Part shown: piece by piece, positions 39,795 through 51,571 of the stretch
Numbering within the stretch: position 1 is the stretch's first letter
Layout of the letters: each line of letters starts with the position of its first letter
Source of the DNA: Psammoneis japonica
Taxonomy: Eukaryota
NCBI GenBank assembly: GCA_008632985.1
Contig: QPGO01000187.1
Location: 1-64,000, forward strand
Direction of reading: 5' to 3'
Length of the DNA: 64,000 nucleotides
Notes under the pieces: model-generated
The model's database searches: none
Seen by the model: the letters and a program-made list of their open reading frames with translations, nothing else
Told to the model about the DNA's origin: nothing
Made by a program: the position numbers and the translations under genes

Positions 39795-41662
39795 TTACGT
39801 CTCTCCGCTCACTTTGTTCAAGAGTAGATTGAACACATTCATTCTTTGAAGTTGTTGAAGGTTTCCCGACTGAACAATGGTCATTCCAATGGAATAATCG
39901 CCCTCTTCAAAGCGAAACATACCAAGGTTGTGCATGCGACTGTCCTTGTTAAGAAGGGAAATCTTCTTTTGTTCCCCGACATGAAACTGAACCATGGTTC
40001 GTACGGGAACCCCTTTTGTAGTGCGAAGTATCACATTGTATGTACCGGACTCGAGCACACGAACCTTCAGATCCTGAGTGGCCCCAACCTCTTCGAAGAA
40101 TGTATAAAACCATGATACTCTGTTCCTACCCTTGAAGCGATGCATATAACACATCTCCAAGTATGGATGTTCAATCCCTGGAAGCCCAATTACTTGGACT
40201 GGGTTCGACCACGAGTGCGTGTCATGGCTTACATTGTGCAGCACAGAATAAAATCTGTTTTCCATTTGAAGAAACTTCTCAGGCAGGACCGTTTGAAGGT
40301 CGTTCTCTTGACCGGGATCACTCGAAAGGTCGTACAAACTCCATGCACCTACTTCGTTGACGACCACCCAGTGACCTGAAACGAGTGCGCATTCCGACTT
40401 CTCCAATCGAAGAGAATGCTCCTTAGTGAAGCGGTAGTACCAGCCATCTGGAGCTAAATGATTAGCAGGTATTGCAAGCTTTGCAACAAGGTACTCACGG
40501 TCTTGCGGCCAGCCGGGGTTGTCTTGAAAAAGCAAGCCCTGGAAACTTTGGCCGTCCAAGCGTGGCACACCAGTTTTGTTTTTGTAACGTTGGTAATGCC
40601 CGGCCAACTGGAGCAACGTCGGAAAAATGTCATACACAATGGTCATGTCTTGGACAACTTTGGCGTTGAGTCTTGCCGGACAATAAAAGGAGAGCCGGTT
40701 GCGAACAGCGTTCTCCCAACCGGTTGCCTTCTGAGCTCGCAAACCAGTCGGATTGCGTGCCGCCCATTCTATGTCATTCATTTCATACCGTTCGCCAGTT
40801 GGCTTGAAGTTCCATCTGAGTCCTGAGAAAGGAGCCTTGTTTTTGGAGTGGGGCCGTTGTCTCCAAAATAAATTACTATGGTATTTTTGGAGAGATGATA
40901 CCGCTCCAGTGCTTCAAGAATTCGCCCAACTTGGACATCCATTTGCTCAAGCATGCCAAGGAGCATAGCATATGATTCTCCGATTCCTTTTTCAATGTAC
41001 TTTTCTTGGAGTTCCTTTCGGCATAGCCACGGCTCATGTGGCTGTGCGTAAGGAATGTATAGAAAGAATGGTTCGTCCTTGTTGCGGTTTATGAAACGGA
41101 GAGCTTTGTCTGTGACGCGCTCAACCTGCCAGCCTGGCTCAATACCATGAGGTATACCGTTGTGAGTAAAAGGGGCGTTAAAGTGTTCGTATTTGCCCCG
41201 GTCGCGAAGTTCTTCACCTGCCAGATCCCATGTTTCGTTGAAGCCACGTCGATGGGGTAATTCAGCATCTGAGGTGCCCAGATTCCATTTGCCAACCATG
41301 CCAGTAACATATCCGGCATCTTGTAGGGCCTCTCCAAGCATGTACTCATTCAGATGTGGTGCATCTCTCCCGAAACCTACCCCAACTGTTCCCGTGCGCA
41401 GAAAGTGCCTTCCTGTCATCAGCTGGGACCGAGTCGGAGCGCATGCGGTTCCCGTGTAGAATCGGGTGAATTGCACCCCATCTTTCATTAGCTTGTCCAA
41501 GTTTGGTGTCTCCAGCGGCGGCTGGCGAAAGCCATAATCATCCATACCCTGATCATCTGTCATGATGAGGATGAAATTAGGCTTCGTCTCGTCTTGTGCG
41601 CTGGAAGAAGCGAGGGATACCAGGAGGAAAGCCAAAGTGTAGTGCGTGAACATATTCATCAT
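39795..41662 (-). CDS. Secreted formylglycine-dependent (S1) arylsulfatase; one frameshift near 40825
   Basis: Signal peptide, PNFILIMTDDQG, CAPTRSQLMTGR, GKWNLG, PHEP, GDNG, KATGWEN..R and LYDLSSDPGQ. Confidence 0.9.
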
Positions 41663-42064
41663 TCTTTGGTTCCAAGGTCATACGATAGGAGTGCCTGATC
41701 TATTCCTGAATCTATTTGTAGACTTTTGGTTTGTATCACTTGATGATCTATCGTTTTCTTGATTTGTATCGTGTTTTGCCTTTCGTCTTGTTCCGGGAAG
41801 GGTTCGGTTTTTCGAAGTTGAAAGTGCGGTTGTGCTACAGTAGATTAGACTTTGTACAGTACTGTACATAGAGTCTCTAGGTGGTGGAAAATGTCCGAAA
41901 TCAATGAAGGTCAGCAATGGCTGTTGACAAAACATGACATTTATTGAATTATATTTATGAAAAGAATGACTTAAGGCTTTCCACGTTAAATGAAATTAAC
42001 ATTTAAGGCAGCAAGCCCCTCGTTTTTTTAGCTCGAATCTTCTTTTGCACCACTTCCTTACAGA

Positions 42065-43790
42065 CCTCCCAGTTGGGAGTGACCCAAACAGCTCGTGATC
42101 GTCAGCCAAAAAACTGTTTTGCCACTTGCAGCACAACAATCATGGTGACTTTAGATGACACAGGTGAGTGCAATGGAGATGGGGCCCTCCTGCTCTCTTG
42201 CCACATTTTCGACAACAAGCGCCGTGACTGTCATGCATGGCTGCACTGCATTTCTTTCTGCATCTCTGCCACATGCATTCGGACAATCAACCCAACAAGT
42301 GTAAGAAAGAAAAAATGCAAGACAAAAAGCAGAAGAGAAGTCAAGGTGCAAGGCCAAAAACAAAGGACAGAAGAGGCTTTTCGCGCACTTTCACCCAAGG
42401 CCAAGATCGATCTGGATTTTTTGGTCTCTGATGCCCGTGCAGATTTGACTGAGTTTGTTGCATGTGCCAAGTCTCATGGTGACAAGCTTCCCATGACAGA
42501 CTCAGATTCACCATGGGCAAAGTCTCAGGGTGGTGCTTCTCCACAACACCATCGAATGGCCTTTTTCAGGTGCTGACAGTGTGCAGCCAGGGCTTGGCTT
42601 CCTGTGGTGTGGTCTGCCCGTCATGTGCCACACTGCATTTTTGCTGTTGCATGCTGTCACATCTCATGGCATGCATCACAGTCTGGGGTGGCATGTCTGG
42701 GCAGCTGTTGTCCAAACAACCACATCTTGGAATTGCGCTGGAGCGGTTTTTCAATCAGCGCAAATGGGAAATTCTTCAGAAAAATTCAGCGAACAATGGA
42801 CAGACTCTGCTTTTTTCCATGAGTTGAAGCTGCAGTGACAAGAACCCAATGTGCAAATGGTGGAAGTTGTGGTGCCGACCAACAGAAACAAAGCTGTTGC
42901 TGAGAAACATGCACCAACAAGATGTGTGCAATGCACGCGCAACAACCTCTGTCGACCTGTCTTCTGTTTGTGCTCTGCTGCTGTGGCTTTGACACACTGG
43001 TTCTTGTGGAGGTCTGAGACAACAAGGAAAAGGGAAAACTTGGCTTCAGAAACAGCACAGCAGTCTCAGCATTGTGAGACTCAGATCCCTGCACAAACAG
43101 CCACACAAGATGGCCATCACATTTGGCAAGGGAACAAGCTCTGCTGTGGCATCTGTGGCGAAGTTGGCTCTCTCCACAAATGCGTGCCTTGGCAAATGGA
43201 GAAAGGAATGTGCGTGCGAACCCACCAGTGGAAGCAAATGTGGAACAGCTGCAACTGCAAGAAGAACACATGCCCCAAGCATCCTTGCCATTGAAGCACA
43301 TTCAAGATTGCTTGAGATCTTTGAGTGTGCTCCGCCTTGGGGCTCCTCGAGTCTTTTTCTTTCGAAGAAGTGTGCAGCTGTGTTTTTTTTTTGTGGTGCG
43401 GCCAATCACAAAACAGTTGCTGCACTTGCATGAAAACAGAAATCCTGTTGGTGGGGTCATGTTTTTGTTTGACATATGTTGTGAACTTTTACAACAGACT
43501 CTCTCGACTCTTTCTTTCCAATGACTTTTTTGCCAAAATGCTGGTGTGTCGCAGCTTGCAACTTTTGACTGCTCTCTTTCTTTCTGGGCTGCAGTCAACC
43601 ATTGCCACGGCAGTTTTCTGTCTTGATGACACAGCAAAGAGAAGGCCACCAGTGGTGCGTGCTGCTGCTCTTGCTGCAAGAGCAAGGCTGTCATGGTCAA
43701 ATGGCGTCAAATGCCGAACGAACTGTTGTTTCCGGGGGCTTTGAATGTCCTGACGCAGCAGGTCAGACGAGAAAGATCGCGATCTTTTCT
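42065..43790. repeat. TpA-depleted repeat; 42130-42860 has an inverted homologue at ~47020-47480 and ~49015-49185
   Basis: ALSPKAKIDLDFLVSDARADLTEFVACAKSHGDKLP (+) versus ALSPKAKTSVDFCISDACADLRKFVACTKSRGDKFP (-). Shared GGACAATCAACCCAA...TGCAAGACAAAA. Confidence 0.85.
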
Positions 43791-45184
43791 TTGCAAATCA
43801 AACTACCGGTATGAATAGTAGATTTTGGCGCACCATTGGCTGCTTGTGTCAAAGGACATGTGCATCCAGATCATGTCCAGATGAACATGATTCTTTATCG
43901 GTCGAGTCTCTGGAAGTGTGTGCTCATACCTGGTGGGTCAACGTGCCTCATAACTTGCCCTGCCAGTAGGTGTCTTTGTCAGTTTTGACATCTACCGTCC
44001 ACCATGCACCATGCACCCACATCGTACGCTCGGAAGACCAAAAACATCTCGCCAGGGCTTCATGAGCTGCCATTCCGGAGGTTCTTACAGACATATTCGA
44101 AGTGTAAAATTCGAGGCAAGTTGAAGTCAAGGAGGGAAGATCGCGAGAGCACCAGCATTAAAAGTTCGACGGAAAAGACATTGGCATACGCGTGTCGACG
44201 ACCCCTGGCAAGGTCCCTTGCTATGTTGATCGTGATAGAGTATACATTGAGCCGATGGCTTTGTCCTGATTTACTCAGAAGCCCACAACCAAAGGGCCTT
44301 ATTTGCCAGCATACGTCACAAGTGATGCTTTCATTGGCGTCATGATGTATGGTCGACGTCTCCGGTTAACAAAGATTCTGTCGATGTTGTTCAAGCAAGA
44401 AAAGCCCTTCGACTTCTGTTGATTATTGAGCCGTGCTGAGTCAAAGACAGATTATTATGCCGCCTCATTCAAGCACTGACGACAATGTGGGGTGAATACG
44501 CAATATCTAATCCAGGACAAAAATGATTTTGCGAGCAAGTGTCGGATATGTACGGTATGGTTCGTATACGGGTACTCAATGGAGTTTTCTCTCTACTACT
44601 ACAAGTAGCTGTCGTACCACATTTGTACTCCGTCGCTCGCAGCAATCGAACACAAGACGCAAAATGACGCGCCGAATGCAAGTTCTTTGATAACGAACGC
44701 TCGATTGCGCCACTAAACAGGATCCTATGGTCAGAGTAAGGTACGCATGTTTATCCAGAAAGACGAGACCGGAAATACCAAGACAAACATTGTTGTCACG
44801 AACGATTGAGTACTACACAACCGTTATCGAGTAAAGGAAAATCGCCTCAAGCACTCATTGAGACGATTTGTGTGATGGGAGCGCTACGTCGTCATTGGCA
44901 ATGCATCGTTTGCCCATGATTAATAGGACATTTAGCGTCAACTGTATCTCGTTCGCGGGTGGAAAACATTGGTACCACATTGAATAGTCCGATAATAATG
45001 TGCACTATTTTTTTTTCAACAACTAACAATCGCAAATCCACAGACCCTAACCGAGTGGGTCATACTCATCAATCTCCAACTTTTACGTTTCCTCATCTTC
45101 ATTACCGTTCTCGTCCTCCTCCTTGTTCTCGGTGACACCATAATCATTCATTTCTTCTGCTTGTTCCATAAGCTTCGATACAAA

Positions 45185-46153
45185 TTATTCCATGCCTTTG
45201 CCCTTTGCACCGCTGGAGTATGCGCCTTTGCCCTTTGAACCGCTGGAGTATGTGCCTTTGCCCTTTGCACCGCTGTAGTATGAGCTGCTTCTGCCGCCCT
45301 TACCTCCCTTCTTGCATCTGTACTTTTTCGGGCGACCAGTTAACGTCTCGAAAATAAAATCAGCAACTGACTCGGCTCCCAACCTAGTGTAGACATCTGG
45401 GGCATCTTTGGGAAGAGCAACTCTCCCAAAGGAGGTTAATCCAACCTGGAAATCTTTTGACCCATCAGTAGCACCACCTGCAACGAAAAGAGGACCGCCA
45501 CTATCTCCAAAGTATACACCTTTATCCGTCTCAAGCGCACACATCATTTCGTCAGTAATGACAGCATTTCCACCCCACTCCGTTTGGCAATCATCATTTG
45601 GAACATATCCAATAGACACAGTCTGAAGAATTGCTGGGAAAGTGCCGTCTCCAAGATCGCCGAGGCCAATAGCATCAAGTGGGTCACCATTCTCAAGCTC
45701 AGATGGATGACAGCCATCATCATAGGCGACAGTAGGAAGGCATGAAGGATTGCTCAGATGGAGCAGCTGAATGTCATAGGGTGAATCAACCACACCGAGT
45801 GTATAGTCAGGGTGGGTGTATACTTCAGCGACAGTCCTCTCGTCCTTGTCTTGTCCACCATTTCCAAATTGAACGCCCAGATCATAGGCGCCAATCATGA
45901 CCAGATCGCCAACGGCAAAGTCGCAATGAGCTGCAGTTAGTACCCATTCAGGATGAATCAATGTCCCTCCACAGGATCCCGCACCCATAATATAGGTGTA
46001 GTAAGGGTAGCGTCCCGGAACAGCATCGTTACCACCTATGACTTTCTGCAATCCCCTCTCGCGGAGTTCTGCCAGGCGGTCGTCATTCGTCGCAGCTGCC
46101 TTGGAGAGGCAATGGGAGAGAATGAGGAAGGCAGTGGCATGGAGCAACTTCAT
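45185..46153 (-). CDS. Secreted trypsin-like (S1A) serine protease with K/G/S-rich tail
   Basis: Signal peptide, K|VIGG activation site, CGGTLI, LTAAHC, DIQLL and GDSGGP. Three 30-bp C-terminal repeats. Confidence 0.92.
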   Translation of the reverse strand: MKLLHATAFLILSHCLSKAAATNDDRLAELRERGLQKVIGGNDAVPGRYPYYTYIMGAGSCGGTLIHPEWVLTAAHCDFAVGDLVMIGAYDLGVQFGNGGQDKDERTVAEVYTHPDYTLGVVDSPYDIQLLHLSNPSCLPTVAYDDGCHPSELENGDPLDAIGLGDLGDGTFPAILQTVSIGYVPNDDCQTEWGGNAVITDEMMCALETDKGVYFGDSGGPLFVAGGATDGSKDFQVGLTSFGRVALPKDAPDVYTRLGAESVADFIFETLTGRPKKYRCKKGGKGGRSSSYYSGAKGKGTYSSGSKGKGAYSSGAKGKGME

Positions 46154-49100
46154 GGTCTTCACAATATCGATGCAAAGGAACAAAGCAGATTTTGTGACCA
46201 GTCGAGAAGTCGGCCAAGATGAAATTGTGAGCAAAGAATGAAGCGAACCAAATTGCGTTGCGTCTTTTAAAACAAGCAAGAAGATTATTTGAATTTTTGA
46301 AGTTGGTGGCATTTTTCGTGACAACGTAAGACAGCACTGTGGACAGAAGCTCATTTGAGTTTTATCCATAGATATAAATGCCGATAGATTCAATAATTCG
46401 ATAGCTCATCCATGCTATTGAGCAGTTAATGCATTCATTCCAGCAGAAATTTGTTCTACCACATTCGCTTGTTCATTTAAAATCCTAACGAATGGATAGT
46501 TTTGAACTACATTCCAAATTTCTAAGTAAAAATAAAATTTCTCATATGTCCTTCATGTGCATAGATGAAATAATTATTCTTTCAACGGTTCCCCAACGCA
46601 GTTCTTTTGCTTCTTCGATTGAAGTGGCCAAGACACTTTTCAATTTTCTCTCAAGGCCATGAAAAGACTTGAAGGGGTAGCATGAGGTGAAAAATGCCCG
46701 ATTTTTTTTTTTCTGCGCGCATTTTGGTGAAAATGATGGTGAAGAATTTGCCGTGCTCACTCGCAGCTCATGGAGCTCTGTGCGCAACGCACTGAGCTTG
46801 ACTGCGGGACGTTGGCTGCAAAGTTCTGCACACACTTGATGGGGTGCATGTGGACCTCACTTCTTGAAAATGGCGGCATCTTGCATTGGAGCACAGAGCC
46901 TGCATTGGCTGGTGCGGCCATTGTCCCGAGACATGTGGTTGTGCACCATGCACGCCAGCAACACACTGAGGATCGATGACCTTGGCAGCATGTCTGGGCA
47001 GCTGCTGCCCAAACAAATTTGGCCCATTTGTGCACTGGGTTTTTGTTGACACAGCTTCAACTTATAAAAAAACCGCACAGCCTGTCTGCTGTTCACCAAA
47101 ATTTTCCCATTCGCGCTGATTGAAAAACCACTCCACTCCAGTGCAAGCACGTGATTGTGTTCAGACAGAGCAGCTGCTCTCAAATGTGCCCCCAAGACTG
47201 TGACGCACACCATGACATGCAACATTGTGCATTGGCAAAAATGCAAACCACACAGAAGCCAAGCCCTGGCCGTGCAGCACCAGCTCCTCAAAAAGCCATT
47301 TGACAGTGTTGGGCGGAGACTTGGAAAAACATCCTAAGATTCTGCCAGTTGTGAGTCTGAGTTGCCACGGGAAACTTGTCGCCACGGGACTTGGTGCAAG
47401 CAACAAACTTGCGCAAGTCTGCGCAAGCATCAGAGATGCAAAAATCCACACTGGTCTTGGCCTTGGGTGAGAGTGCAAAAAAGCATTCTGCCCCCCCCCC
47501 CCCCCTTGTCTTCTGCCTCACAGTTGGACGCTTGGTTTGGTTTCACCCATTTGGATGGCCAGGGTGCCAAGGGGGAGTTGCCTTTCCCTTTTGGGGAACA
47601 CCCAGGAAATTGGGATGATTTTGTGGGAAGGAACTCCTGAAAGAGGTCAGGGGAGGGGGAACAAAAAATGAGTGGATTGCGGGAATTTAGGATTGTTTTG
47701 ATTTAGGCTCATGTGCTTTTAATCTTGTGTGGTCGAATCCAGATCAGCTCCAGCACATCATGCGGCACTCTGGATTTGGAGCTCATTGTTGCCATTGCAT
47801 CATGTGGATGAATCTGCTTCTTTCACTGCTGCTGTTGATGCCGCTGCTGTTCTCCATCTCCAAAAGCTCCACATTGACAGAGGCCCATTGCGCGGTTTGT
47901 CAGATCATCTCGACCAAGCACTCATTGATCATCCATGGCACCAAGGTTGCTGGTTCACAAAAATGGCATGAGGAGTGTGACTTGAACCAGAGCCAAGCAC
48001 ATGACAAAGGCGCTTTGCTTGCAGTGCCATGATCTGGCAAAATTTTGGGTGGAAGGAGAGAGCGGATGAGTGAGAGCAACGCCTTTGAAGAAAAGATTAA
48101 AACAATCACACTCACCTGCACGGGACCAATCTTAGCTGCATCATGAAAAAACAGTGTGCCACAGTGCTTGGCTCCATGTGGACAGGAAGCTTGGACATCG
48201 CTTGGCATGGTTCTGGGAGATCTTGGCACCGCAGGTCTTGACGTGCATCCTCTTGATCTTTCAGAGGTGGGCAACAGCTTTCATCATGTTGAGCCCTGTG
48301 CATGACTGCTTGCACCAGCCACACATCCAGCTGTGTCCTCAGATGTGAGCTTGTCATCCCAGACACTTGTGATTTCTGGGAGCTCCTTTTTCTCTGTGAC
48401 AGCAGCGACATCGCTGTCGACACTGATGCAGGCATCATCCTGCTGCTCTTCATCACTCATGTGCCAACATGCATTTTATGAGAGAAAGTGAAACCCTGCA
48501 ATGTGAGTGGCAAAGATGATGGTGTGCGAAACTGAACAAAAAAGATGTGGGTGAGCATGCGAAGCAGAAGCATGATTGAAAAGACACCAGACGCACATCT
48601 CAACAAAAAACATGCCTGCACCGGACACGCAGCATCAAAAAGAAAGGTGTGGCATCAATGTGACAATGAACATGTTCTGAACCAACATGGTGCAGCAACA
48701 AAAAAGGCACTGCAGCTGCAGAGAAGCCAGCACAGCTGTCAATGTGTTGAGTGAACGGTGCTCCAAACTGCTGAGTGCAATGCCCTGGAATCTGCAGGTG
48801 ATGCACCATGATGTCAGTTCACAGAGGGGAAGCATGGGGAATTGCCAATGTGCAATTTTTTGTTCATGTGTTGAACATGTGTGCAATGAAGCATGATTCA
48901 TGGTGATTCCCTGAGAACTCACACTTCCTGCAGAAAACAGGGGAAAAATGTGGCAACCCCGGGGAGTTTTTGGGAATCCCACGGCAAAACCAAACTGAGT
49001 CTTGACAACTTTTTTCTGCTGTTTTGTCTTGCATCTTTTTTTCTTGCATTTGGGTTGATTGTCCAAACACACCTGGCAGAGACAGAGAAAGAAACACAGT

Positions 49101-49479
49101 GCAGCCATGCACGACAATCATTGCTCATCTTGCATGACATGGACGCACGCAGACACCATGGAAGAGTGACTTTTGGCAATGATTTTCAAAATCTCTTTGG
49201 CCCCAGTCTGTTCAAAGTTTTGCATTGTGCGTGGGTTTTGTCCATGGGGCTGAGCACCCTGCTTCATTGGTGTCTGAACTAAATGTCGGTGGGTCGAAAT
49301 GTGTCAAGCCAAGTCATTCTTCTGAAGTTGCTGACAAAGAGGAAAGTCAACATTTTCCATTCAAACAACATAAAAAAATGTGTGATTAAACATGAAAACA
49401 GCAACGGAATGACAATTGCACTTGAGTTGAATGGAGAAAATGCCGGGACAAAAAATTTTGTCCCGCGGGTGTGGAGAAA

Positions 49480-49810
49480 GTTAACAAGGACAGTTGCGCA
49501 CATGACCTTGGTGTTTGTTTTGCTTTGAAGAGGGCAGTCATTCCATTGGAGTGACCATTGTTGAGTCAGGAAACCTTCAACAACTTCAAAGAATGAGTGT
49601 GCTCAACATGCTCTTGAACCAAGTGAGTGGAGAGACACAATCATTCAAGGACAGAGAACGGTTGTGGTTGCATCACATGCCTTCATCCACTTTGTTCATG
49701 CTTTCTTCACAATGAAAAAATTCACATGAACACACTCCACTGTCAATTTCCACAATGCCCCGGTGCAACACCTGACTTGCGATCTGGTGCTCCTGCTTTC
49801 GCACACCGTG
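49480..49810 (+). pseudogene. Inverted, mutated copy of the sulfatase 3' end and downstream sequence (39625-39955)
   Basis: FEEGSHSIGVTIVESGNLQQLQRMSVLNMLLNQVSGET versus the gene's FEEGDYSIGMTIVQSGNLQQLQRMNVFNLLLNKVSGET. The downstream non-coding sequence also aligns. Confidence 0.9.
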
Positions 49811-50199
49811 CCCCACTTGCTTTTCCTCAAGGAGGAGCTGGAGCAACTTTTGCACTTGTGGTTGTCATGATGGAGATTTGGTTTGCAAATCTTGTGACGC
49901 ACCACATTGATGGTGGCAACAGATCAATGTCTGGCCAGTGTGACTGTGCTGGCACTTTGATCAATGTCAACCAACACCTGGAGATCCTGCCCCCTTTCTG
50001 ACAACTGACACTTCTTCTCAAAAAATGCTGGCAGCTTTGAAAACAGTGTCAGCGACTCTTGTGTTTCTTTCCAACAAAACAGACAAAACCTTGGGCCATC
50101 ATTTGAGCAGGAAAAATGGCAAATCAATGGATGGGAATGTTGGCAAGACGTTGTGCCTGTTGCTCCTCCACATGCAATCTCAGATTGATGTCAACATGC

Positions 50200-51420
50200 T
50201 AGAGCAATGCCAACTGTTGGCAAGCACATTTGTTCCACCTCATGCATGTTCAATTTCATCACTGGCCATTCTTCACACAAGACAAAAGAGAATGGATTAA
50301 AGCTCAAAATTCTGCCATGCTTCTGACCACATTGCAACACACAGCCCTTTTTGCCAATTGATTGGTGTGTCACCAAAAACTGCCCCCAGCATCTGGCAGA
50401 AAATGTGGTCCATTGTCGGAGATGAACTGGTCAAAACAAGTGCACCATTGACTCCCCTGAAATCAAGAAACTCATGCAATGAGACAAGGGTTGAAACAGT
50501 TTGGCATGGAGGTGGCATTGGCATTGATGTCAGGTTTCACACTCAATTTCACATGGACTCAAACTGGTGCAAGCTGCTGCATTCATGCAGATCTCATCTT
50601 TTTCTCCCCTGTTTTCCTCCTTTTTTACAAAATGTGAGCTGAGCACAGATCATTTTCATTCAGGACAAATGAGGCGGTCAAGACACTGTCATTGTCTCAT
50701 CCACAGCTTCCCAAAACAATGCTGTGGCTGCCATGCTTTTCACCCCATGCTCCTTGTCATGACTGCAGTGCATGTGCAGTGTCTTGTTTCTTGATGCTTC
50801 TGCACTGATGCAGACTCTGATCATCTCTCATTTTTGGAAGCGCTGCAATGCAAACACTCCCAAACCAGCCTTCTTTTGACAGGAAAGCTCGACTTCAAAG
50901 TGGCCCCTCCAGAGATCTCGGGACTGAAGCAGCAGCAAAAAGTGGCAAGTCAACCTGAAGTCTGCCTCACTCCAGATCATCCTTGAAGCTGCACATTCCT
51001 TGCAGCTCAATGCGACAGTGCACCCTCTCATGAAGTCTGATGCATGAGGCCTCTTCATGCTGAAGGTGCGTGTGCCGTGGTGCCAACGACTGGTGGCTCC
51101 AGCTGCCTGGCTGAGGTCACCTGCAAACACTGCATTGATGCCTCTGTGTGCTTTTTTCAAGTTTGCTTTCAATGTTGCCAGATTGCTGTGCAGTTTTTTT
51201 AGTCTCTTTTGCACGTGAATGACACCTCATCAACAACCAACGGATGGCAGATGTTGCTCCAGCCACTTTGAACTTGTTTTTTTGCAGCTTCTTTTTTCTG
51301 GTGTGAATGTGCAACTGTGTGGACAGTGTCACCTTTGAGGATGGTGGCATCAACTCCAGTCATGGCAGTGACAGCAATGGTGCATGTCGTGAACGGTTGC
51401 CACAAACGAAAGAGAGCTGC
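50200..51420 (-). pseudogene. Degenerate Pif1-like helicase (Helitron-type remnant)
   Basis: IAVTAMTGVDATILKGDTVH (motif Ia/Ib), LVVDEVSF (Walker B) and GINAVFAGDLSQ (motif III) in the correct order. Confidence 0.7.
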
Positions 51421-51571
51421 ATTGTCTCTGCCACTCAAAAACACAAGATGGAAACTGCTGTGGATTGATTGCAGCATCACAACTGTTGTGTGACGGTCAA
51501 CGAGTGCCAATTTTGCGGGGAAATCCATGATGCGTGTTGTGCGCATTGAAATAAAGTGACAACGTCTTTCG

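Noticed and set aside
19190..40830. Frameshifts in cyclophilin, GPCR and sulfatase as programmed frameshifting or pseudogenisation
   Set aside because: Each is repaired by lengthening a base run by one: GAC(T)TCACA gives GDFT, GAA(A)AGGGA gives EKGLL, ATGGG(G)TAC plus ACCCC(C)ACC, and CTTT(T)CTCA. This is typical of long-read consensus error. Short-read polishing would settle it.
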